Of a DNA stretch of 32,000 nt, positions 8,244-17,871 are shown in pieces (the first letter of the stretch is position 1; every line of letters begins with the position of its first letter). Origin of the DNA: Candidatus Hermodarchaeota archaeon. Lineage in GTDB: Archaea; Asgardarchaeota; Heimdallarchaeia; Hodarchaeales; Hodarchaeaceae. A model generated the notes under the pieces. That model ran no database searches, was not told the DNA's origin, and saw nothing but the letters and a program-made list of their open reading frames with translations. The position numbers and the translations under genes were made by a program. The stretch lies in assembly GCA_048886185.1 (NCBI GenBank), contig JBHLKY010000026.1, forward strand, positions 17,437-49,436. Reading direction: 5' to 3'.

Positions 8244-9308
8244 ATGTCTTTGATCATGAGAGCTCCTGGAAGGATTGTACTATTTGGAGAACACCAAGAT
8301 TATCTTGGACTTCCAGTTATTCCCGCTGCAATAGATTTGTATATGACAATCAAAGGGAAGGAGTCCAAATCAAATATCTATCATATCGATTTACCAGATA
8401 TTCAAAGCTCTTTGTCTTTTCACGCAAATAACATAAAATATCAATTTCCTCGCGATTACCTCCGCTCTGGAGTGAGGGTTTTACAGGAAAATGGCATTAT
8501 TCCAAATAATAAAGGTGCCTCTGCCGTTATTACTAGTAAGATTCCAATGCAAGTAGGACTATCCTCTTCTAGTGCTTTATGTGTGATATGGATTTCTTTT
8601 CTCGCAGAGCTTTTTGATAATCCATTGACTCCTATGGAAATTACACGATTCTCTCATCAGGCTGAGGTTCTGGAATTTAATGAACCTGGTGGGATGCAAG
8701 ACCATATGGCAATCTCTCATGGGTACGTGAATTTTGAGGAGTTTGATCCGATTAAGTGTACTCGTCTCCAAATTGATTTACCTGGAATTGTCATAGGAAA
8801 TTCTCTAGAGAGGAAAGATACGCTTAATACATTAGCAACCATTAAAAATGGGGTGAAGAGGGGTCTTGAATACATGAAAGTATCAAAGGTTCGAGAATTA
8901 TCGATTGATGAAGTTAAGAAGTTAACTCCAGTTAAAGGACAACTAGATCAGTTCTCTCTTAATGCATTAAAATCAGCTGTTATAAATTATAAGATAACAA
9001 AAAAAGCACAGATAGAGCTCCAGAAAGCATCCACAGCTTGGGATAGAGAATACATTGGAGATCTTATGACCAAACACCATGTTTCACTTCGCGATTTTCT
9101 AGGAATTAGCACCCCAAAAATCGAATCTATGATTAAGGCTGCCATGGATGATGGTGCCTTAGGCTGCAAAATTACGGGATCAGGACATGGTGGATGTATG
9201 ATTGCTTTATGTCCTGGTCATGAGAGAGATGTGAGTCAAGCAATTCAGAGTGTTGGTGCTAGTGCCCACATCGCTCAAGTTGCTTCAGGTGTATTCAGAG
9301 TTGACTAA
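8244..9308 (+). CDS. galK: Galactokinase-like GHMP kinase
   Basis: APGRIVLFGEHQDY, PMQVGLSSSSA (GHMP ATP loop) and KITGSGHGGC. Some substrate-motif residues differ from canonical GalK. Confidence 0.75.
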   Translation: MSLIMRAPGRIVLFGEHQDYLGLPVIPAAIDLYMTIKGKESKSNIYHIDLPDIQSSLSFHANNIKYQFPRDYLRSGVRVLQENGIIPNNKGASAVITSKIPMQVGLSSSSALCVIWISFLAELFDNPLTPMEITRFSHQAEVLEFNEPGGMQDHMAISHGYVNFEEFDPIKCTRLQIDLPGIVIGNSLERKDTLNTLATIKNGVKRGLEYMKVSKVRELSIDEVKKLTPVKGQLDQFSLNALKSAVINYKITKKAQIELQKASTAWDREYIGDLMTKHHVSLRDFLGISTPKIESMIKAAMDDGALGCKITGSGHGGCMIALCPGHERDVSQAIQSVGASAHIAQVASGVFRVD

Positions 9309-9410
9309 CGCATTAAAAAGTGCTAAAAGAATTTTAATGAATTTATTTTAACTAAAATGAAAAGCATCTTCAACAATAAATCCTGAATTTATAGGCATTT
9401 AACAAAGTTT

Positions 9411-9893
9411 TTGGGGTTTGATTCGCAAATGATTCCAGTAAAAGATAAATTTCCCTTTAAGTGGATGTTAAAAATTATAACAACATTAGAAAAAGACAGT
9501 CCACTTACTTCCTTACAGATCGCGAAATCAATAGGCTCCTGTGTTTCAGATGCAGCAGAAGTAACTCGTATGTTGCATTATATAACTTCCTTTGGTAAAA
9601 TCGAAGCAAATTCAGGAGGTGAATGGAGAATTTTTCGAAAAAAAGAATATAAGGGCCCTCCCCCCAAGAATTATAAGGAAAATTATGGCCAAAATCTTGA
9701 AAAAATTATTCACATTCTCACAGAAGAAGCACAGACTATTGAGGAGCTAATGCTAAAAATTTCACTTGAAAAACATGACCTAACTGAAGATCTATCTTTC
9801 CTGGCATTAATAACGGAAAAAGGATATATCCATTTACAGGAAAGCAGTTATCCTCAGCAGTGGAGCCTTAAATTTTGGTCCTCTAGCTTCTAA
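9411..9893 (+). CDS. Hypothetical protein with two putative winged-helix domains (alternative start ATG 9429)
   Basis: Two wHTH-like segments: IITTLEKDSPLTSLQIAKSIG...GKIE...WRI and IIHILTEEAQTIEELMLKI...GYI...WSL. Confidence 0.5.
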   Translation: MGFDSQMIPVKDKFPFKWMLKIITTLEKDSPLTSLQIAKSIGSCVSDAAEVTRMLHYITSFGKIEANSGGEWRIFRKKEYKGPPPKNYKENYGQNLEKIIHILTEEAQTIEELMLKISLEKHDLTEDLSFLALITEKGYIHLQESSYPQQWSLKFWSSSF

Positions 9894-9932
9894 AAATAGC
9901 TTACGTGGTAATTCATTTACTTTTTAAGGAAT

Positions 9933-12275
9933 TCAGAGTAGTTGGATATTCTTTCCATCAAATGAGATCATGCCACGAATAGATAACATTCTAAGAACTG
10001 GGACGATTTCATTTTCATTTCGATTAAGTAAAAGACATAGTCTATCAGTGGTCATATTTGGATTAAACTTCAAAATTGAAATTATAGCTTCAATAGCTTC
10101 TGATGACTCAGAAACACGATCAGCAGACCCTGATCGGGTACTACTTTCACTAGTACTAAGATGACTAAAGATGGTTTGAAAAATGATTATTCTATTAAGG
10201 CATTCCTCAAACACAAAAGTTAATGCTTCATTTCTAGATATTGTATGGGATCCAAGAGTTAAATCTCCCGCAGAAGCAAATTCAATTAGCTTTTTAGTAG
10301 CTAAAAGTGCTTGGTTTGACATAAAGTCAATATAAAACAGTCCTCCATGTTCTGTTAATGATTCCGCAAGATCTAACGTCTTTGTTGCTGTTCGTTGTAA
10401 AGATAGCTCTTCATCTCGAAGAATAAATGCATAACGAATATTTCCTTTAACAAGTTTTTTTAGGCGTCGAAGACTTTGAAAAACTGTTGCTGAATGCTCG
10501 GAATTGTTGATCTCGATACCTACGGACGTTGGACCTCTAGGAGTTTGATATGTAAAGACTAAATCTAGCCCTTTAGTATCTCTTTCAATTAGCTGACGGT
10601 CTATCCTGACATTAAGAATCGTCAATCCATATAAAGGTCTTTGACGTTCAATAGAAGCATTGAGGATTTCATAAAGAACCCCTTTTAGAAAATCACGTCG
10701 CACTGGATGTGGGAATGCAAAAATCTCCTGCTCAAATTCTCGTGCATATTGAGCCCATTTTCTCTCTAAAAACCCAATGACTTCACTCGAAGTAGATATT
10801 GGGGGGGATATTGTGCTAGATTCTAATGATTCCAAAAGATCTGTTACTGAAGGAGTCATTGAGGGAGCCGGAGTCATTGGCAGAGGGTAAGGTATTGACT
10901 CAGGTACTGGTTTATTAATATCAGGAAATAATTCTTCCAGTGCATCCATTTCTTCTGGTTTCAAATCAATTATTGCTTTGGTACTTTCTTCGGAAAGCTC
11001 AGCTGAGGCAAGAACTTTGTCTGGAGTCATTGGGGGGACTCCTGCTACAGCAACAGCTGTTTTCTTGTCTTCTTCGTGAATTTCTGCCTCAGATAGCTTA
11101 TAAATTCGTCCTCGATCTTTAAATTCATTCAATCTATCACGTAAATGTCGAAGAAATAGACGAGGATTTCCATTCGCATTTCTATTTGCTATTGCGATGT
11201 AATTTTCTGAGAACGGATAAGTTGGAAATGGGGGAGAGACACCTGAGTCACGAAAGACTGTCTCAAGTCTAGCTTTTGCTAATAACACAGCATTTTCAGA
11301 AGTTAATCGTTCTAGAGATGTAATATAATCGATTCGTTGGCGTGAATATTCTGGAACTTCGTTTTGAATAGATTCGTTCCAAACTACAGATTGCACCATC
11401 GCTAACACAAGAAGGTGGGTACATTGATTATATAAGTTGGTTAAAGAATCAAAGAGAAGTTGAATCCCATTGTCTCGTTTGAAACGAATATAAATTGATT
11501 CTAATTGGTCGAAGCTTAGTAAAATTGGTTTTTGGGCAAGAGCGGAGATAGTTTGAAGGATAGAGAGGGCCCGATTTTCAGTACTAATAGAACTTGGGAC
11601 ATCTAACAATGCGAGATCGGTTTCTGATATTTCAATACCTGAAAGCCATTTAAAAGCTGTAGGCCGTATGTCAGGGTTCAGAGTGTGGAATAAAACTTCA
11701 AGAAACTGTATATCTATATCAGGATGGACACTAGCAAGATAATCAATGGCCAGTTTTCTCAAGTCGGAAGAATAAAATCTTTCAAGTTCAAAAGTGAAAA
11801 TTTTCACAGGATCATGAATAAAAGAATTAAGTAGATCATTTGCTGCTGGATTATTTGAAAGACCATCACTTAAGGCTCGTAAAACAATTTCGCCAATAAA
11901 TCGTTCTAAGGGACTATAATTCTCCTCAATCCCCTTTTTACGTAGACTAATCATTATTTCTTGGAGAATATGGCCATAAATTCTTTGTAAATCTCCTAAA
12001 GGGCGGATACTAACGAATAAATAATCCCATTCTTCTGCAATTCGTCTTAAACGTGATAGAACATGTGTTTTTCCAACTCCAGCATCTCCCAAGATCATGC
12101 ACATCCCAGATCGCCCAGTAGATCTCACCTCATCCAACGTTTCAAGTACAACGCGACTGGCTTTTCTGTTTATCTCTGGGACATCAATCACTTCTGCTTG
12201 CCAAGGATCTCCTACTGAAGTGGATCGAAATGGATTTACTTTCCCTAAGATAAGCGCATCATATATCTCGGCCAA
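9933..12275 (-). CDS. AAA+/STAND-like P-loop ATPase with REase-like domain and C-terminal wHTH
   Basis: TTG start. Walker A GDAGVGKT, Walker B LLSFDQLE, putative Arg finger RQRI and sensor GNPR. These are followed by a Pro/Ser/Thr-rich linker, LDLVF...VGIEIN, and a terminal wHTH-like segment. Confidence 0.75.
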   Translation of the reverse strand: MAEIYDALILGKVNPFRSTSVGDPWQAEVIDVPEINRKASRVVLETLDEVRSTGRSGMCMILGDAGVGKTHVLSRLRRIAEEWDYLFVSIRPLGDLQRIYGHILQEIMISLRKKGIEENYSPLERFIGEIVLRALSDGLSNNPAANDLLNSFIHDPVKIFTFELERFYSSDLRKLAIDYLASVHPDIDIQFLEVLFHTLNPDIRPTAFKWLSGIEISETDLALLDVPSSISTENRALSILQTISALAQKPILLSFDQLESIYIRFKRDNGIQLLFDSLTNLYNQCTHLLVLAMVQSVVWNESIQNEVPEYSRQRIDYITSLERLTSENAVLLAKARLETVFRDSGVSPPFPTYPFSENYIAIANRNANGNPRLFLRHLRDRLNEFKDRGRIYKLSEAEIHEEDKKTAVAVAGVPPMTPDKVLASAELSEESTKAIIDLKPEEMDALEELFPDINKPVPESIPYPLPMTPAPSMTPSVTDLLESLESSTISPPISTSSEVIGFLERKWAQYAREFEQEIFAFPHPVRRDFLKGVLYEILNASIERQRPLYGLTILNVRIDRQLIERDTKGLDLVFTYQTPRGPTSVGIEINNSEHSATVFQSLRRLKKLVKGNIRYAFILRDEELSLQRTATKTLDLAESLTEHGGLFYIDFMSNQALLATKKLIEFASAGDLTLGSHTISRNEALTFVFEECLNRIIIFQTIFSHLSTSESSTRSGSADRVSESSEAIEAIISILKFNPNMTTDRLCLLLNRNENEIVPVLRMLSIRGMISFDGKNIQLL

Positions 12276-12419
12276 GTTATAGCCCTCAGTAAAATTACTA
12301 TTTGTAGACTTGAATTCAAACTATCTTGATGTATCTTGTTCTTTTCGCTTTATTAAGTACACATATTAGTAAAACAATATCTACACAATATTTCTCTAAA
12401 GTCATTTTTGTTTTAATTG

Positions 12420-13499
12420 TCACATTAATCCATCAATTGTATCTAAATATGTTTTTAATTCCTTTAATGTTCGATCTCCCATATGGGCTATTCGAAAATT
12501 CTTTTCCTTAAATTCCCCATACCCTGTAGCAAATAAGTAGCCTTTTTTCTTAAGATCTGCTTTAAGCTGAACCACATTTACGCCGAAGCTATTCACACAA
12601 GTCACTGTGTTTGATGCTACGGCCTTATCGGCAAATAATGTAAGTCCTTTATCCTTCACCCACTTACGGGTATAATTTCCCATTTCTGTATGTCTAGCCC
12701 AGCGATTCTCAATTCCTTCTTCATCAATTATTTTATGAAGTTGATATTGTAAGGCATAATAAATGGGAATAACAGGTGTTGCAGGCTGCATCCCTTTTCG
12801 ATCATGATACTTCTTAAGAGTGAGAAAATCAAAGTACCACCCCCGATTGGGGACAGTTTTGGCCATATTCATCGCTTCATCCGATATTGATGCAACAGCT
12901 AAACCAGGAGGCAGTGCCATACATTTTTGTAATCCAAAAAGGTAAATATCAATCTCCCAGTCATCTACTCGTGTTTCAACACCTCCCGCGGATGAAACTG
13001 CGTCCACAAACAACATACAACCATGGTTTTTAATGATTTTGTACAGATCCTTAATGGGAGTTGTAACGCCTGTAGATGTTTCATTTTGTGTTATGCAAAC
13101 GGCATCATACTCCTTTTCATCTAATTTTTCTTGTAATTGTTGAGGTGATACTGCTTTCCCCCAATCTATCTTTATAGTGTCAGCTGTTTTTCCATTCATG
13201 GTAGCAATTTCATACCAACGTTCAGCAAAAGCTCCGTTGATGACATTAAGTACACCTTTCTTGTGCACACAATTTCGAATTGCAGCTTCCATTAATCCTG
13301 TGGAAGATGATGTAGACAAAATAATCTGATTGTTTGTAAATAACATTTTTTGTAAGTAGGAAGCAATATCTTGATGTAATTCTCCCATTGTCTCACTACG
13401 ATGAGCTATCATTGGCAAAGCCAATTTTTCCCTGCAATCCTTCGAAACGTTAACAGGTCCAGGTATAAATAGATCTAAAAAGTCATTTTCATCGATCAT
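12420..13499 (-). CDS. Class-V PLP aminotransferase (alanine-glyoxylate/serine-pyruvate family)
   Basis: LFIPGPV, SSSTGLMEAA, NETSTGV, VDAVSS, PLP lysine in GLQKCMALPPGL, and FRIAHMG. Confidence 0.92.
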   Translation of the reverse strand: MIDENDFLDLFIPGPVNVSKDCREKLALPMIAHRSETMGELHQDIASYLQKMLFTNNQIILSTSSSTGLMEAAIRNCVHKKGVLNVINGAFAERWYEIATMNGKTADTIKIDWGKAVSPQQLQEKLDEKEYDAVCITQNETSTGVTTPIKDLYKIIKNHGCMLFVDAVSSAGGVETRVDDWEIDIYLFGLQKCMALPPGLAVASISDEAMNMAKTVPNRGWYFDFLTLKKYHDRKGMQPATPVIPIYYALQYQLHKIIDEEGIENRWARHTEMGNYTRKWVKDKGLTLFADKAVASNTVTCVNSFGVNVVQLKADLKKKGYLFATGYGEFKEKNFRIAHMGDRTLKELKTYLDTIDGLM

Positions 13500-13789
13500 A
13501 ATAGAAGTCTCCTTATAAAACTACCATGAAAGATAGAGCTTTCTCGGAGAATAAAGTTTTGGGTAATGAACTCTGTAGAGATATTCTTTTTAAATAATTC
13601 AATAAATGATCATTACACCTCTGTGATCATGGTTACTGTTCTTCTGGATTATTCATACAAAGAATATGGTGTGATTGGCATTTAACTTCAGCTAATAAAC
13701 AAATCGATAGTTTTCCCATTTTTTCTTGTTGACGTAAAAATAAGGTTTTATAGCTGTAGGATGATTGATTTCAATGCGGTTGTAGCATC

Positions 13790-16700
13790 ATGATTTCCTT
13801 GAAATACCAGAAATTCCTCTTAATCAGTCTAATATGTATTATCCTAATTCTACCCATCAGTTATGTTGCCAATATAACTTCAAACACAGTAGCTATAAAA
13901 GATTTAAAGATACCTCCACAGAATATTAATCAAGAATCTGCAATGGTTAACCTACTCTTCTCATTTAATCCATCTGAACGAGAAACTATCACACAGGTTA
14001 TAAATCAACTCAATCCTTCCTATATACACCTTTATCGTAATTTTGACGTAGGTTTTGTGACTATTCAAGAGAAAACTTTGCCAATAATCCAGAAGAATTA
14101 TCCACAAATTTACTCGCGCCTCCATAGATCCCAAAAAATACAGGTGATTCCCTCAATCGAACATTTTAGACCATTGATGGCAGTGGAAAGTCTCCAATCA
14201 AGTTATATTTCCCCTGCTGAAATCATAGGTGCTCATGGATTGTGGAACAAAGGAATCGATGGTTCAACTGCTAAGATAGCGATTATTGATTCTGGAATTG
14301 ACGGAAGTCCTCCTCATGGGGATTTTAATGGTAGAATTGTTTATGAGGAGTCATTTGTTAAAGCTAAATATGGATATGGGGCTGGTTCAGAGGAAGACGA
14401 ACGAGATTACCATGGACATGGTACACACGTTGCTGGAATTGCTGCTGGGGCTGGTAAGGATTATAGAGGAATCGCTTATAATGCGAATTTGGTAAACCTA
14501 AAGGCAGCTGATATGTCGGGCCACTCCACTCAGGAATCAATGCTTGCAGCAATTGATGAAGCTATCGAGCAATCAGTTGATGTTATATCAATTTCCATTG
14601 GATTTGGTGAATCACAGCCGTGGGGTTCAGGAGATGAACTCACACTTGCAGTTGACAGTGCTGTAGATGCTGGAATATCTGTAGTTATTGCAGCTGGTAA
14701 TGAAGGTTCTGAAGACCAATTAGCTTCCATTGGTACACCAGGGTCTGCATATAAAGCCATTACCGTGGGTGCGACAAATGGGAGTACCAGTGTCGCTTCT
14801 TTTTCGAGTCGTGGGCCTTCCTTTGATTATAAAGTGGATCCTGACATTGTGGCTCCAGGCGTCCAAATTATTGCCCCATTAGCTCCTAATTGTCTAATTG
14901 AGCTTGCATATGAATCGTTAATTGATGTTGAAACCGGACCCATTGTGTTAGGAGATTATTTCATACTTTCAGGAACTAGCATGGCCACACCGGTCGTTAG
15001 TGGGGCCGTAGCTCTCCTTAAACAACAATATAAGGAAGCCACACCTGCAGCAATTCGGGCTGCACTTCAAGAATCAGCCATTGATATGGAGGACTCCATT
15101 TATGCACAAGGAAGTGGATTAATTAATGTGGCTGGGGCCTCTACAATTCTAGAACTTACAAAACAAAATGATGGATTTAATTTAATCTCATCCCTTCCTA
15201 AGGCGGAAACTGATGAACCTGTTGAATTTTCGGAAAGAGTTACTTTTCCTGGAGATCATTCACAAATTGGTATTTCCTTCGTAACTGGAACAAGTGGTAC
15301 TATTACTTGGGATATTTCAAAATCATTAGAAGATTTCCTTCACATTGATAAAACGCCACATATTCAATCTAGTGCTGGATACTTTGAAAAAATAGTAAAT
15401 TTAACAATTCCGCTAAATACTGCTCCAGGGGTTTATCAGGGAAATATCGATTACACATTTCTCGATCATACGTATTCAATTCCCTTACTTTTAAATGTAA
15501 GTAATCCCAACTCTAAAATATACTGGGATACACATTACACGGGCAAAGATGATTCCTCATTTTTTAATTATCGTGTTTTGGATAGGCTTCTGGCTTCTAA
15601 TCAGCATTTTGATATCAATGAATATGATACTGCTTTTACTTGGCAAAATTTATCCCAAAACGATATTCTCGTCCTTACCGATTTGGAATACCCCATTAGT
15701 AATCAAGAACTCAGCTTTATATCAGACTTTCATAATCAAAACGGATCTATTTTGCTTGTGACTTCAGTTTTTCCATATTTCAATCCTGATCCCTATTTGA
15801 AGGTTTTGAATACTCTTGGGATTTCAGCAAATCTCACAGATCGATTAAATTACGTTAACTATACAGATAACGGCCGAGAACGGGAAACCAAGTCAGTACC
15901 TCCTCAAGACATTGTCTGGGATAAGGAAGATCCTTTATTTAAAGAGGTCGATAAACTACCTTTCAGAATGGGAACTGCTTTTTCAGTTGATGAAGGGGAT
16001 TCGAGTCTTAAATTTAAGACACAGATCCAGGGTCGGCCCTATTATGTTGTAGCAGCTTATGAACCAAGCAATAGGGGTAAAATTTTAATCTTAGGAAGTG
16101 AGCTCTGGCTTTATTCGTCCTTCCTCTTTACAGAGGATGGACAAAATTTTGTGAGAAATGTTTTTAATTGGCTAAAACCTGAAACTGGGTTGACTGTCAA
16201 TTCACAAATTTCCTCTAATGATCGTCAGCTGGAGATTTCAGCTTACTATAATGATGATTTACCTCTCTCTGTTGAAATCACTTTTTCGAATGATAGTCAA
16301 AAATTAGAAAGTAATATCCCTTATAATACAACTCTACAACATCATCGATTCATTGTTGAATTAGGAGAAAAACAAAATCAGAAGATATCAATAATTATTA
16401 AAAATACTACCAATACGCTTAAAAAATTTGACATTTTCGATTTAGATAATCTTCCTGATATAACAAGTATTGAAGCAGATTTCATTACTTCTTCTAATGT
16501 ACCAATACCATCATGGGCTGATGAAGAGGATTATGAATTTATAATAGATCAAGGAATTGATTTCTCTCTTTCTCATACGGCTTCTAGCTCAATACAATCT
16601 AATTTATTGATATCAAATCAACTTGAAGACAGTTTTGAGGTTATAATTCCCCCTCTCGATGAAATAGAGGAGATTATAATCGAAACTGAATTATTAAATA

Positions 16701-17542
16701 ATTCTAATACGCAAAAATCTCTTTCTTGGCAGATTCCAGAAAACTTTCCTACAGGATATTATTCATATGAAATTCAAGTCTGGATTGAGATTGAAGAAAA
16801 TTTTACCATATTACTAGATATAAATAGAGAATCTTTCTTTATCCCTGATTCCGAACCAATTTTTGATGTCAGAAGCACGATTGGAGAAAAAACACTTGAT
16901 TCTTATCGTAATATTCAAACAACAGCAGATATCCCCATTTGGAACCCAGGCCAGAGTATTCAGATGCAATTAATGGGACAAGATGACAATAGTAACGAAT
17001 TCAAGGTTCATGTGCAATTAATTCACTATTATTTGTGGTTTGTTGATAGAACTGTTTTAAAATATTTTGAAATTCCGCAATCTACCTCCAATGAAAGTGA
17101 AAATATTGGATCATTTTTAGTACCCACCAAACCAATACCGCTACCAGAAAACGAGGATTTTAAGGTGGAGATAAACAATCAGATATTCTTTCTCTTGATT
17201 TTTCTTCGTGATGAACAAGGAAATTCAAACATCGAAGTAATTTTCTTTAAGATCAGCTCTTCTACCTTCTTGGATATCGATGTGTTGTACATTGTTGTAT
17301 TCGGAGTTTTAGCAGTTATTGTTTTGCTGGTTGTGATTATTATCATCCAAAAAAGGACTAGCTATCGTGCACCTCAGTACATGAGGCCAGAATACACTTA
17401 CCAAACTAGATATTATCCATCATCGCCTGAAAGAATCGCTGTACCAAAGAGATTTTGCTATAATTGTGGAGCTGTAATTATTCCTGGAGCTAAATTCTGT
17501 AGTTCATGTGGGAGGCAGCTATCACTAGATGACGAAATATGA
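13790..17542 (+). CDS. Membrane-anchored S8 subtilisin-like serine protease with Ig-like and GATase/IFT52-like domains, TM helix and cytoplasmic zinc ribbon
   Basis: N-terminal signal/TM. Catalytic triad IIDSG, HGTHVAG and GTSMATP, plus oxyanion AAGNEG. C-terminal TM VLYIVVFGVLAVIVLLVVIIII followed by CYNC...CSSC. Confidence 0.92.
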   Translation: MISLKYQKFLLISLICIILILPISYVANITSNTVAIKDLKIPPQNINQESAMVNLLFSFNPSERETITQVINQLNPSYIHLYRNFDVGFVTIQEKTLPIIQKNYPQIYSRLHRSQKIQVIPSIEHFRPLMAVESLQSSYISPAEIIGAHGLWNKGIDGSTAKIAIIDSGIDGSPPHGDFNGRIVYEESFVKAKYGYGAGSEEDERDYHGHGTHVAGIAAGAGKDYRGIAYNANLVNLKAADMSGHSTQESMLAAIDEAIEQSVDVISISIGFGESQPWGSGDELTLAVDSAVDAGISVVIAAGNEGSEDQLASIGTPGSAYKAITVGATNGSTSVASFSSRGPSFDYKVDPDIVAPGVQIIAPLAPNCLIELAYESLIDVETGPIVLGDYFILSGTSMATPVVSGAVALLKQQYKEATPAAIRAALQESAIDMEDSIYAQGSGLINVAGASTILELTKQNDGFNLISSLPKAETDEPVEFSERVTFPGDHSQIGISFVTGTSGTITWDISKSLEDFLHIDKTPHIQSSAGYFEKIVNLTIPLNTAPGVYQGNIDYTFLDHTYSIPLLLNVSNPNSKIYWDTHYTGKDDSSFFNYRVLDRLLASNQHFDINEYDTAFTWQNLSQNDILVLTDLEYPISNQELSFISDFHNQNGSILLVTSVFPYFNPDPYLKVLNTLGISANLTDRLNYVNYTDNGRERETKSVPPQDIVWDKEDPLFKEVDKLPFRMGTAFSVDEGDSSLKFKTQIQGRPYYVVAAYEPSNRGKILILGSELWLYSSFLFTEDGQNFVRNVFNWLKPETGLTVNSQISSNDRQLEISAYYNDDLPLSVEITFSNDSQKLESNIPYNTTLQHHRFIVELGEKQNQKISIIIKNTTNTLKKFDIFDLDNLPDITSIEADFITSSNVPIPSWADEEDYEFIIDQGIDFSLSHTASSSIQSNLLISNQLEDSFEVIIPPLDEIEEIIIETELLNNSNTQKSLSWQIPENFPTGYYSYEIQVWIEIEENFTILLDINRESFFIPDSEPIFDVRSTIGEKTLDSYRNIQTTADIPIWNPGQSIQMQLMGQDDNSNEFKVHVQLIHYYLWFVDRTVLKYFEIPQSTSNESENIGSFLVPTKPIPLPENEDFKVEINNQIFFLLIFLRDEQGNSNIEVIFFKISSSTFLDIDVLYIVVFGVLAVIVLLVVIIIIQKRTSYRAPQYMRPEYTYQTRYYPSSPERIAVPKRFCYNCGAVIIPGAKFCSSCGRQLSLDDEI

Positions 17543-17584
17543 ATAATAAATTTAGAAAAAGAGTTTAAACTGAACAAATGTAAA

Positions 17585-17604
17585 TTTTTTCTTTTTTGTT
17601 TTTT
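17585..17604 (+). terminator. T-rich tract, probable archaeal intrinsic terminator
   Basis: ttttttcttttttgtttttt lies about 40 nt after the protease stop, in the gap between convergent genes. Confidence 0.5.
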
Positions 17605-17871
17605 CCGACGAATCTCATTTCTTGGAGAGTAGTTAAATTCGTCCTTCTAATACCCTTTATTTCATCTCTTTCTTTAGCAATTTCCGCTAATGTCCTTTCT
17701 AGTGAAATCATGGTTAATGTTGTTTTCTGGAGAAGGATGAGGGAATTAAAAAAACTCTCAGATTTCTACTTTCACAAATGGTCTTGCTAGTTGTTTATTT
17801 GGTAATTTTTAGAATCTTGTCTTAAAACAGGATAGAGTTGGCGAGATAAAAATCTATGTTTAATGCTAAAA

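Noticed and set aside
9411-9893. ESCRT-II (Vps25/Vps22) assignment
   Set aside because: Only a generic tandem-wH resemblance, with no ESCRT genes nearby.
17596-17790. 64-aa ORF and a short opposite-strand frame between the protease and the helicase
   Set aside because: It overlaps a terminator-like T tract, has no SD or motifs, and the minus frame is interrupted by stops.
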